Shown here: positions 51,427 to 64,000 of the stretch, one piece after another
Position numbering within the stretch: position 1 is the first letter of the stretch
How the letters are laid out: every line of letters begins with the position of its first letter
Origin: Eledone cirrhosa
Taxonomy: Eukaryota
Direction: 5' to 3'
NCBI GenBank assembly: GCA_964016885.1
Contig: OZ024740.1
Span: 313,100,001-313,164,000 of the forward strand
Length of the DNA stretch: 64,000 nt
Notes under the pieces: model-generated
The model's input: only the letters and a program-made list of their open reading frames with translations
What the model was told of the DNA's origin: nothing
Databases searched by the model: none
Made by a program: the position numbers and the translations under genes

Positions 51427-53682
51427 ATATATATGATCATCATTATCACTGTTTAACATCTATTTTCCATGCTTGCATAGGTTAGATGGCTGTCAGGTCC
51501 TAAGGTCTGACCGGTTAGGTGATTAGGTCCTGCTTGTACATTTTGTTTTGGTTTGAACTCTATGGCCAGATGCCCTTCCTAATACCAACCACTTTACAGC
51601 ATGTACTGGGAGCATTTTATTATGATGCTGGCACTACCACTTTTACTGAGTGGAATCGGTGCTTTTCATCATGGCACCAGCATTGTCTCAGGAGGCATTG
51701 GCAGGGATTGGGTCTGGGGTGCACACATTGCACTGTGGGAGGGTGGTGGGGTGGTGTGATGATGACCTTGAAGTGGATGGTGTTTGATGTTGCGGGAGTA
51801 TAACTGATTTCCCTTAATGACCTAGAAGGTTGTGTTTATATACTGTCTGGAGTGAGTCTTTGGGTGATGTCTGTGATTTTGGTGTGTGCTAGGCTCCCCT
51901 GAGTTAGGGAAGTGTTCAGCAGGGGTGCTGAACCAGTCAAAGACTTGAGAGTTGTTTTATTACTGTGCTTCTTCAGGTTTAAGGTGGAGAAGAGGGTCCA
52001 AGTGTTGTATATACACACATACACAGAGTTAGAATAGGTATACTGTATCTCTGCATCATATATATGGGCACATTCCAGAGTATGTCAGACATTACCCACC
52101 TGCTTCAAGGACCCCCTCATGACCCACCACTTCCTTCTCCCATGGTAAGATGTCTTCCCCACCAGCAAGCGGCATGTAGTCTACAAACTTCTCATTTTTT
52201 AGACACCCCCACTCCTATCAAGGCCTCCAAAATATGGTACCCTAGGGTTGTAATAAGGTAGTGCTGGTGCCATGATGGAAGGTGCCTAATCTACCCTGTA
52301 CAGTCTGTGTGAGGAGGTGTCCAGTTCGCACTGTAAAGTGGTAGAGCTGGTGCCATGGAAAAGGCTCCCAGTACACACTAGTAAGTGGTTGGCATTAGGA
52401 AGGGCATCCAGTCACAGAAAACGAAGCTAAAAACAAAAAAGACATGGCCACCTGACTTGTCTAGACACATAATGTGACAGCCTGTCTAACCCATGCAAAC
52501 ATGGAAGATAGATGTTAAACAGTGACAATGGTGATAATGATACACATATACACACACTAGTTTGTTTGTATACATACATGAATGTTTATACACATTCTTA
52601 ACCCTTTCATTAGCATATTTCTAATGAAAGATACTGCCTATGATTTTGAAATAATTTTTTAAATAATCAAGAATTTAATAAAATAAAATAACTAACTTTC
52701 TCATTATTAAGGTTCCTACATAAAATTATGATGGAAGGTTTTTTGGTAGGGCCTCCAAGAGAAATTTTGCAAGATGGTACAAGACACCTTTGAGGTTTGA
52801 AGCAGGCAAAGATTTTTCTCAAAATGAATGTTGCATGATTGCTGTGGGGGCTTCTTAGCTCTTGGGGCCACAGAACAAAGTACCAGCTGGATCCCCCTCC
52901 CATAGGCCCTGGTTTTTAGTGAAATATAACACTTTAAAATCAACAACTTTGAACAACAGGCAATTTCATGTGGTTTAGTATTAAAAGAATTAAAGCAGAA
53001 AATCAGAGAGAGAGAGAGAGAGTGTGTGTGTGTGCGTGTGTTTAAATGAATTACAATGCTTAGGATTAAAAAAAAAATAGCAATAATTAACGTTGTTGAC
53101 AATTTCATTAAAACTCCAGACAATAAAGACACAAAATGATTTGTGGAAGATAACATTTGAAATCTATCCCATCTATATATAGTAACTGACTCATAAATAA
53201 AATACACATAAAAGTAGGCATAATTCTATATATGTTGAAGTGACACAGAAAAAATATATACACACATGTATGCATACAGTTGTATGTTCATACACACACT
53301 TCATGTATATTTATTCACACTGACACATAGCCAAATATACACAAAAGCTGCAATGACACACACAGATTCTTGCTGCTGAAAATAGCTCAAAATTTGAGAA
53401 TATCTGACCCAAAAAATTAAATTAAAATAAGTCAATGAAATTATTTTGTTAAATTCTAGAATTATTAGATTATGGCTGACAGGAAGTTCAACACTAATTC
53501 CTATTTCTTAACCTCAGACTATTCAATACAAAATGATAGCTAGACTTCGTTCAACCATGCATGTTTATGTTTTTAAGATGTTCTGGCTAAGAAGAGACAA
53601 GTTTAAATCCTCTCACAAAACTACATTTCACGTTTGGACATGACACATGACTTTATTTAGCTACGATGAATAACAGATGATC

Positions 53683-53955
53683 ATCATTATCATCATCATT
53701 TTAAAATCTGTTTTTCCACACTTGCATGGGTTGGATGGGTCTTTTTCAGCACAGCATTTCTCCACTCGCTGTGTTTCTTTGTCATCTCATCTGTGAGTCT
53801 CAGCAATTTGAGATCAGCTCTCACCGCCTCTGCTCATGTCTTTCTCAGTCTATCTCTACTGTGGCTTCTATCCACTGGCATTTCCTGGAACTTCTTCACC
53901 CTTCGATCATCATTCATGCACATCACATGTCTGTACCAATGTAGTCTTCTCTTCT
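53683..53955 (-). mobile_element. RTE 3' fragment
   Basis: Reverse complement resembles 31500-31757. (cat)n at the left end. Confidence 0.75.
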
Positions 53956-55478
53956 TGTAAATTCTAGGATGACAGGTTCACCTCATTAAGTGACATTTAA
54001 CTGTTTAAAATATTTTGCTGTTATCTGAATTTACAAATCCATCCAACTCATTCAGAAGAAAATTTTGTGTCAACTCTTACATAGTATTATACAATTGTCA
54101 ATATAGAAATGGTTTTGCAGTATCATCTAGTGTTATGTTATTTCTATGACCAACTATTATAGAAGTATTTGTAACACATCTAAATCCACATCTGTTCTGC
54201 ATATCACCTAATTAGTTTAATTGTCAGTTCTTTAAAGCAATATTTAGCTTCCCACATTGCATGGATAAGCACAACGTATTACATGTTGCATACTAGAGTA
54301 ATAATAGATTTATTATATAGAATCTACATAATATCACAGCTGTCATATATAAACTACGTAATATGACAGCTCAGCTTGATGCTTGTCTTTAACTTTTGGT
54401 GGTTGTTACTGCCCCGTTCGGTTTACTGATTTTGGGAAGGTGGGCAGTCCATGTTCAGTTTGCTGAATTTGGAGGATAGATCATGGATTGGTTTAGAAGG
54501 AGTCATTAGTACAGGTTGACATTCAGTTTACAGTATTTGCAGACTGATTGGGGGAATAACACTCATATTTATGTTTATAACATAACATAAATCCAGTTAT
54601 CAACAAAAGCAGGAAATGGCAACTGGTGAATATATAGATAGTTTTTTAACTGAACGGCATAAAGACTAGATAATACTGTGAAGTAATATAAAAATATTAC
54701 AGATCAATTTGTATAAGATTGTATAAGATTGGATTGAACCTAGAATGCCACAGAAAGAAGTTATTGAGTAGTAAATGTCTATTGCAAAGTTTAAGTAAAT
54801 TAAGAGTAAATGTCTATTGTACATTAATAGGGCTGAACATTGAGAATTCAACTGAAAATGTTTACAGTATCTTTGAACAAGCTAAAAAAACACCTTAACA
54901 TATCAGTCATGCAATATTTAGTATAACAATGGCTTAATAACAAAGAGCAATGCTGCAAAGTTTAAAGCTATGTTTGATGTTTTCTAGATAAATTATTCTG
55001 AAATAAAAATTAGCCTATGTTAATTTGATGACAAGCAGCATGTTCCTAAAAACTGACTTTACACACAGAGCTGAAACAGTTTCAATGGGATTCATGGAAT
55101 TCTAGCCACCTAGCTAGTAACCCATGCAAATGGGGAAAAATTATGATGTCTGACATAAGGATGAAACCTGGTGGTTCTCTGATTCATGTAGTCTGAAGTT
55201 GTAATGACCAGTCCAGCCCATGCCAGCTTAGAAATCAGAGATAAAATGATGAAAGCTTTTTCTAACACCAATCAAATTATCCTAAAGATTGCTATATTAC
55301 AATATCTAAATTTTATATGAATTTCTAAGATGTGGAATTAGTATACATAGATACATTAATTCATGGATTAATGCATTAATTTATACCTACCAGGTAAACT
55401 GCCAAACTTAATCAACATTTATACTGACTATGATATTGTCAGGTATTACAACTAAGTGATGGAAATTTGAAACTTTAA

Positions 55479-55699
55479 CCCTTTAGCATTTAAACCAGCC
55501 ATATCTGGCCAGAAATCTCTCACCTCTTTCTGTTCAAACCAACTATAACAGGCCACTCATACTGATGTTAAGATATTGTTCTCAAAATAAATAATATCAA
55601 AATCTCATAGATTTGATATTATGTAAGATAATTATGTGACGTAGAGCATTTACCACGAAAATATAATAGTAAATATAGAGCAATGTAAATACTAAAAGG
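55479..55699. mobile_element. piggyBac-type MITE
   Basis: TTAA TSD, same family. Partial copies at about 510-683 and 41303-41495. Confidence 0.85.
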
Positions 55700-56959
55700 T
55701 TAAACCCAAATTCCTTTTCTATGGTATTAAACTTCTTTCTTTCTCAAAGACTCCCATATGGTACTTATATCTATGTTAGGTCTACTGGAGAAGTTATATG
55801 AGCCAAGCATGTCTGTTGATTCTTTCAACCTTCTTATCTTTCAATGTTATTCCTTATCTATTATGTTGACTTTATTGTACATTTAGTAGCTCTCCATTCC
55901 CCTCCACAAATGTTCAGTCATGTCTGACTTCTCTGTCTTCATTATGGCTTTTCAAAACTTACTTTAGGGGGTAGCTGATCTTACTTGTATATTCCCTGCT
56001 ACAACAGCATGGGATGGTATACACATGATCTCTTCAGATAGAGGCTTTTAGGAGAGATGTCCCTGAAGGGTAGACCTGTTTTTAAATATTGTCCTGAGCA
56101 TGTACGGATCACGGATCTGAATATTTCTCCAACATGCCTTTAATAGAGGATAGAAAGACCATAGCAATTTTTTGACTAATGTACTTGACCATTATATTCA
56201 GGGCTAGATTTAATATCCTTACTGTGGCAAAAGTCATCAAATTTTCTCAACTTTAGAGACATCAGGTTGTTATGAGAACAATGTTCTAATAAAAAGTATT
56301 TGACGTTGCTGGTATTGCAAAAACAATGCACCCAGTAAACACTCTAAAATGGTTATGTTAGGAAGGGCATCCAACCATAGGAACCATGCCAAATATGTAA
56401 TGTATGAGCAAGATGAGGTCGCTCCGATATACTTGGTCTTGGACTGTGACGACACATCCAACACATGCTAATGTGGAAAGTGGACATAAAATGAGGATAG
56501 TTAGATTTTTTAAATTTAATACCGGTATGTATAACTTTTCAATTCCAATTACTTGCGCCAGCTGACTTTGATATGTAAAATTAAGGGTTTGATGTGTGTG
56601 AGAGATCTCAGATCATAAAAGGCCATAACTCCATGCTGCAAAGCATGGCGTCCGACCTTCTACCGATACTGCCAAATCACCGCCCTTTTTACTTTAAATA
56701 AATAATGAATGAATAATATGTAATTTATCTACACAATTCCGTAGCTCTTGATTAAACATAAATATTCTTATATTGCTTATTTTAAGATTCACTACTTTAA
56801 AATTTTCAAATGTCAACACTTCCGAATTATAACACTTATTACATTGCTTATATAAACGTTCATATATTTGCTTCATTATATAAGGTTTATATTTCCGCTG
56901 TTAATTTTCTTCTTTTTCGTTTTCATAACATTTTAGTTTATTATATATGCTGTTTATAT

Positions 56960-57150
56960 ATAATTGTTTCTACTTTTGGCACAAGGCCACCAATTATCCC
57001 AGTGCATTACTGGCACTTTATTTTATCGACCGCGTAAGGATGAAAGGAAAAGTTAACCTCAGCGGGATTTGAACTCAGACCGTAAAGGGACATAACTCTA
57101 TATTGGAAAGCATGGTGTCTGACTCTCTACCGATACTGCCAATCCACCAC
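56960..57150 (-). mobile_element. SINE (Deu/Nin-like family)
   Basis: Full-length copy flanked by ctgtttatatataat direct repeats. Confidence 0.88.
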
Positions 57151-57841
57151 TGTTTATATATAATATCGTCTTTTTTTAATGTATCATGGATTACTTTACT
57201 GATTACAGAAGACTGTAACACAGACTTCGTTCAATTTCTATGTATATTGTCAATTACGATTTCATTTGACGTATCATATCTACATGCATATATACTTGCG
57301 TATAATATCAATATACACACTACACATCTAGTAGAAAACCACCCAAACGGTGGTTTTTCTGCTAGTTCATATAATGTGAAATATTTGAACATTCTAGTGT
57401 TGGTCTTAATAAATTAATTGATTAACCCTTTTGATACAAACCCATTGGAAATTGCAACTGGCTCTATGATACAAAAACTGTCTGCTTGAAAGGGTTAATC
57501 TTTTTCATATTGTGTGTTTCCTGGTTTTTAGAATAGGGACAATGTATGTTGTAAGAGGCGACTAAAAGTGTTGGCATCAGGAAGGGCCTGCAGCTGTAAA
57601 ACATTGCCTCAAAATATCCTGGCCAACCATTGCCAGCATGGAAAAGTGGACATATGATGATGATGATGAATTTAGTTAATTATCCACAACTCACAATCTA
57701 AATGACACTGGTTAATAATCTACAATTTATAATCTAAACCATACAACGATGGGAGAAAGAAACAAATGCCTGGAAAAAGATTATTTTGCCTGAGTAAAGC
57801 ATTAACAAAGTTTTGCTGTGTTAATGAAGAATATGACTCAC

Positions 57842-58279
57842 CTGGACAATATCTAACACCATACCGGCACCAACAGTGCCAAACCCTGCAATGATGAATG
57901 GTATGAAGACTTGTAAACAAATGCTCAGTGCACTCTCATCACTCTCTGATAAAGGTTTTACTTCTATTTCAATTTCATTTGTAAGAGAATGATCATCTTC
58001 TTGCAACGGTAACAACGGTGCTTTTATATCACTAGTCAAGTCTTCATCTAACAGAAGACTATTGGCTGCATCTTCTAAATGCAGGTTTTCATTCCCATTC
58101 CTAAAGTCTGATAGAGGAATTTCCTCAGGCATATTAGCTGAGTGATTGAGTTTATTTAAATCATATATATCCGTATTTGAATCTTTTTCATTGGCAATGC
58201 CACTCGAGCTCTCATGGCTGATTCGGGGAACCATTATCCTACGTCGAACTTTATTTTCATGTTCTGGACTGGAAGACAT
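57842..58279 (-). CDS. SLC41A1: SLC41A1/2-like Mg2+ transporter, coding exon 1 (MSSSPEHENK...GMVLDIVQ)
   Basis: ATG at 58279 with an in-frame TGA 8 codons upstream. Ends in the SLC41 TM1 motif QVFIPFIIAGFGTVGAGMVLDIVQ. Donor CAG|GTGAGT at 57841. 438 nt, phase 0. Probable acceptor tttcag at 58336-58337, which implies a non-coding exon further upstream. Confidence 0.93.
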
Positions 58280-58849
58280 CTTCTTCCCATAGTAAAATTT
58301 TCATTTCTAGCTTTAAAAGTTGAAAGGATGTTGCTCTGAAATAAAAAATAAAACAAGAAACAAAATATGAATAATTTCTGGTATTATATTGCAGTATAAA
58401 TAAAATTGTAATAAATGTATAGAGGATGATATATCTGGGAACAGCTGGTTAATTTTTTAGCATAAATATGTGGGACATTAATTTAATCTCTAGTCAATAG
58501 CCTTGAAACACACGTTACAACAATTATAACAATAAATTGATGTACTATAAGCAATTAATTATTTGAAGTACAACTATCAATAATCATGATCATTATTAAC
58601 GCCACTATCATAATCATCATCTGTGACTTGTACGTTTAAAAATGCCTTTTTTTTAAATTTCATAGTCATACTATCAATGATAAATGGTGGCAACTCTTAT
58701 CTTTTCAAGAACTACTCCCAGCTTTTTTCTAGTAACCTACACTTACATGTAGATAGTTGAAAGCTTTAATGCTATGAGAGGAAGAAGTGAAAAAGTTTGG
58801 ACTAACCAGTACCTAACATATAACATCAGCAACTGTCAAATATGCTATA

Positions 58850-59031
58850 AGGGTCAGCTGAAAAGTTCATAGGCTGATACTAGTGCTGTGAAATCTCACA
58901 TGCATTAATTTCAACTCTTCTTATTAATAACTGCATTGTTTCTTTCCAGGGACCATGTTGAAAAATAAACCTCATTTGGTCATTCCATAAGAGTATCTTG
59001 GTCAGCATATGAACTTTTCAGCTGACCCTCA
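58850..59031. mobile_element. Tc1/mariner-type MITE
   Basis: TIRs agggtcagctgaaaagttcata / tatgaacttttcagctgaccct. Confidence 0.82.
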
Positions 59032-61264
59032 TCATCATTTTACATCCGCTTTTCCCTGCAAACACGTATATTATAACATTTATAATTAGAAGCCTTAGCA
59101 TCACTGAAACAGGCAATTGATTTCATTTAATAGATACTAGCTAAAAAGATGTTGAGCCTCTTATTGTAGCCATAGCTGTGAGTTGTGAGATCAAGATGAC
59201 TAAAATTGATATTAATAAGAATATCAATATTTGAGAATAATAAATAAACCTAAATCTATACAGTATATATGATCAATATATTGATTTAGAGCAAACAGCA
59301 TTAACTATTCACTAATATGACAAATATTTACAATACTAGCTTTTGTTTTCTTGTGAAGTTATTGTTATGTTAATATAAGTTTGCATATATTTTACATGCT
59401 AATTAAGACTATTTAAAGTGTCAACATGCTCTATGTCACAACTTAACTATTCAGTTGAATAAACCTCCTGAACGTAAAAAAATAATATGTGAATGTGGCT
59501 TTGCCAGGGTAAATACAGTACAACATCATAATAGTGTCACTGGTTAATAACAATAAACTTGCATTCAATAACATAGATATGACTGAAACTTGGTTATGAT
59601 GGCTTGCTGATACAAGAACTAAGGCACTTCTGGATATTAATGATATAAAAGATAAATTTCTTGAGTTTTATATTGAATAATAATAACAGATTCATTTGCA
59701 AGCAAACAACCTCATTACACTGTGTTTTAGACAACTATCATAATCCTTTTGTTCTAGTGGTGACAAAGAGAAACAATCAACAATAATATTGTTTCTGGGT
59801 TATTAAATAACAAATTTGTTTTTGTTAAAATGTTGTTCCAAAGTTTCTGTAATGGCAAAACCCTTGGAACTTGAAGAAATTAGTTTTAACAACATAATAC
59901 CTGTATTACTATTATCATTTCATCCTCTGAAATAAATTAATTCCTGAAATGGCCAGATACTTATAAAAAGTCTGTTTTGAGCCCAGAAGCTCATCAGGCC
60001 AGTACTTATAGCAGTTTCTGTGATGTTAAGCAACCAAGACTGTAAGACTCCCACCTGGATAGGATGCCAGACCATTATCATAACATCAAAATCTGACAAT
60101 TCAAAGTTATTTTCAGAGATTATACAGCTCAGACTATTTTTGTGAATTTGAAAAAATCTCAAACTCAGCTACAGTGAGCAGAATATTATATGACTTAAGT
60201 GAGATTCATTGATGGCATACAATCATCTGAGCATTGTATAGAAACATTGTTACCTTCAATTAGGTGATCTGAAGCTTAATGCTTGCATCAAATTCATTTC
60301 AATAGCTTAGAATAATTTCTAAATTCTAAATGTTAGATGACTAGAAAAAACATTAAAGAATAGAAAGTAAGGGTGATCTTGATGTGTTGCATATTGATAG
60401 AAAAAAAAAATATGGTTCTAAATGTTTCTATTGTAGATATAACATGAACCATAAATATGACCAGCATTTGATAAAATCTGTTTTAAATTTTAAAGTAAAA
60501 TATAACTTTCAAGCATTATGAAGTGTTTTGCTCAAGAACACAACACCACAACCCAGTCCAGGAATCAAATCCATGACATTATGATTGTAAAGTTGAGGAA
60601 ATTGAAAATGTATATCTTGCAAGTATTTATGAAACCGGCATAAAAACCTACTACAAAGATCTAAAACTTAACAGTGTAAGATTAAGATGCAAGTTTACTT
60701 TGGCAGTTAGGTAAATGTAATACCTCAGAACTACAAGATTGATTTGAATGAAGCAAACTTGTCAGCTCAAGTGTCAGCTTAAACTAAAACAATTTGATGA
60801 TTCACATGTTGAAATTTTGGCAATGTTTCATGCATTAACAGAAACTGATTAGAGTAAAGCAGTTGTGAGTGTCATTGCTGCTGAATGTAAAAAGAATTAC
60901 AGCTTGCTAGGTATGGACATGACAGTGTTGAATTAGCAGAGTCATTAGAACATCAGTTAGAATGCTTTGTGATATTTTTTTCAGCTCTCCAAGATCAACT
61001 TTGCCTTTCATTCATTCAAGGTTGATAAAAAACAAGTACCAGTCAAGTACTGGGTTGATTCTTCCTCTATATCTCTTTCTCCCTTCCATTCCTGCACTCT
61101 CTGAAAGAAATTTGCTGTATTCAGACCTGGAGAGGATTGTGCTTCACCAGGTTTTAAAATGCTCTAGAAAATCTGTATGTCAATACAGTGCCCCTATGAT
61201 TCCCTTGGGAATTACAGGACCATGCATGCATGGTATGGATGTGAATGTTGATAGATCAACATTA

Positions 61265-61428
61265 TTTCATCGGACGCCATGCTTTCTAGCATAGTTACGT
61301 CCCTTCACAGTCTGAGTTCAAATCCCGCCGAGGTTAACTTTGCCTTTCATCCTTACGGGGTCGATAAAATAAAGTACCAGTAATGTACTGGTATTTGCTG
61401 GCATTGTGCCTAAAGTAGAAACAATTAT
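61265..61428 (+). mobile_element. 5'-truncated SINE (Deu/Nin-like family)
   Basis: Family sequence flanked by attatttcat repeats. Confidence 0.85.
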
Positions 61429-62038
61429 TTCATGAAATTATCATCATTTTCACATTCCTTTTCCATGCTTGCATGGGTTAGACAAGTCTCTCAAATACAG
61501 CATCCTTCCACTTGTATTATTCCCATGTCATCTCTATTGTGAGTTTCAACTTTCACTTGTCTCCATTGGTCTTTCACTTCTGTGGCATCCTTCCACTTGA
61601 AACTCCTGACACTTCTTCACCAATGATAAATAAGAATTACATATCCATATTAGTGTAATCTTCTCTCTTGTCTGTAATACCACAACATACTTCCAAAAGA
61701 AGTTAACATATTTAAGCATGTAACAAAATTATCCCTGGGTTAAATTTGCTGTCATATAAAAGTGCGGTTGTTAGCATGTGCTAATATTCGTCAATTTACA
61801 CGAAAATAGCTATAACGACATCTAAGACTATTTCAGCCAAACTCTCTTGGCTTCCCTCTTGCTGAGACTTCGACACCTAATATCAGATGCAGCAGTGCTG
61901 ATCACTACGACACTGCTACAGCCAAACCATGTCACCATATTAGTAAAGTTATATCTCCACATTCACTCTATATCTCCGTAGTACCTGTTGACAAATTCCA
62001 CTCCATCGAAATACAAACACATCAACTGTACTAATATG

Positions 62039-62460
62039 CAATTCTTTCTAACTTTGCCACAAAGCCAGCCATTTGGAGGAAAGGGAAAGTCAGTTATACC
62101 GACCCAGTACTTAACTGGTACTTTATTTTATCGATACTCAGAAGGATGAAAGGCAAAGTTGGTCTTGGCGGGATTTGAACACAAACGCTAAGAGACGTAA
62201 CTAAATGCCGCGAAGTATTTTATCCGACTCCCCTAACGATTCTGCCAATCCATTGCCCTATATTGTACTAATATGTAATGTGGATTGGCAGTATCGGTAG
62301 AGGGTCGGACGCCATGCTTTCCAGCATAGTTACGTCCCTTTACGATCTGAGTTCAAATCCCGCCGAGGTTGACTTTGCTTTTCATCCGTACGGGGTCGAT
62401 AAAATAAAGTACCAGTAATGAACTGGGTGATTGCTGGCCTTGTGCCTAAAGTAGAAACAA
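62039..62460. mobile_element. head-to-head pair of SINEs (62039-62263 minus, 62282-62460 plus)
   Basis: TSDs tgtactaatatg (62027 and 62264) and aatatgtaatgt (62270 and 62460). Confidence 0.88.
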
Positions 62461-64000
62461 ATATGTAATGTCAACACACATTGTTACTCTGGACATTTGC
62501 ATGTTCCTGTTGGGTGTGTGTGTATTTTAGAAATATATACAATACTTAATTACACAAGCCGAAACCGCTTGGCGCCGCGGTCGGGATTTTACACATCTCA
62601 ATACTTAATTACATAAATATTTCATATAACATTATGGAATCAACGAAAGAAAATATTACTTCAACAGTGTCAATCGGTCACACACCACAAAAGAAGCCGG
62701 GGACTCCCTCTAATACTTATTGAGGCAAACCAACACACTCGCAGCATTTATGCGGGTGTTTTTGTTTGAAACATGATTTCGTCGAAATTCCCTGACAAGA
62801 AATAAACATATAAGCCAACAGTTTTGTTTCCTTATTGGTCTGTATCAATGCTTTGGGGGAAAATTGCTTTCTCCACATCAATCTAACATCGATCACCCAT
62901 CAACAACCAACAGTCACATCGACCATCGAACTAACCAAAACACACCAAGCCAACCTAACTCACTCAACATTTCTGTTAAACACCGCTAATGCTATCAGGG
63001 AAAATATGTCAACTTATTTACACCGTTAATGATTGCTTTACGGAAGAAAAGAACCAGAATCTGACCCGACAATTTGTATTCGTGTGTGTAAAAGGTTAGC
63101 TACGTGATATTATAAGGTAGATGTGTGACAGTAAAAGGTTGATAGATGATATTATGATACAAAGAAATATAAATACTAATTTACTGAAGTAATAAACGGG
63201 AGAAATCATACAAGATAAAAGTAACAGTAAAAAGTTAGAAGAGAGTTATCAGTGTTTAATAGGATACATAAAGTTATTTGTGACGGGTAGTTGACTGTGT
63301 GGCAATGGAGTTCAGAATGAAATACAGAAAATGTTATAATGGAAGAGGGTCAAGGATAATCAGTGTACTTAAAGTACACTGTCCTTTGGTGGGAAGTTTA
63401 ATGTAGGGACGCTCGAAGAATATCTACTTATGGTCCTGTACAGTGAGTATAGAAGGTATGTATGTAACATACAACTATTGACAATAGTTACCCTTAACAC
63501 ACCACTTTACGAGTTGTTTTTTTTTTGTTATAAAAAAAACGTAAATATACTTTATATAAGCCATCTACCATTCAAACTATACGGGGGTAGCCGCTATATG
63601 GCAGCTCAACAGCTGGAATGTTTCATATAGGTTTACCGGATCAGAATTGACCTGGGGTTAAACAACATCACATGCACGCACAAACACAGAACTGGTGAAC
63701 AACAAAACTGAAAACAAATATTGGCAAGGCTTTCAAAATCACCAAAGGGGTACATAATAGCAAGTACCATATATATAGGGAGAGAGATTTACCCAAAGCC
63801 TACTTCACTCCTCCTCCTCAAATATGAAAATCTCTGACGTTTTGTTTGACAGAATAAGACAAGTAAAAATAAATATTAAAATTTAAATGTATAAAAGGAA
63901 ACAATAAATGAAAGCTAGAGTAATTATAATGGGTAGAATAAATAAAGTTTATGGCGATATTGAGAGAGAAAAAATATCACAGAAAAGTCATCAACATTCA

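Overview
AT-rich, microsatellite-rich animal genomic DNA. The repeat families suggest an octopod cephalopod, but that is inference. The window holds one host gene, an SLC41A (MgtE-family) Mg2+ transporter on the minus strand. Its 10 coding exons (58279 to 13027) all have GT-AG boundaries, consistent phases and a 1602-nt CDS (533 aa plus stop). The rest is mostly transposon-derived: a near full-length CR1-group LINE (about 44260-48456) and a second truncated copy, many RTE-clade LINE fragments, tRNA-derived SINEs, mariner- and piggyBac-type MITEs, a Helitron, an LTR-like remnant and several minisatellites. Points of interest: five dispersed type I hammerhead-ribozyme-like motifs (one inside a 44-bp insert flanked by a 15-bp direct repeat); a 5S rRNA-derived retroposon with a target-site duplication (TSD) and an RTE-type tail; a G_GGA_AAC -1 slippery site joining LINE ORF1 to an ATG-less ORF2; two long intronic palindromes; and two uORFs overlapping the SLC41A start. 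I found no prokaryote-type system and no second host gene. All calls were made by reading the sequence; no searches were run.
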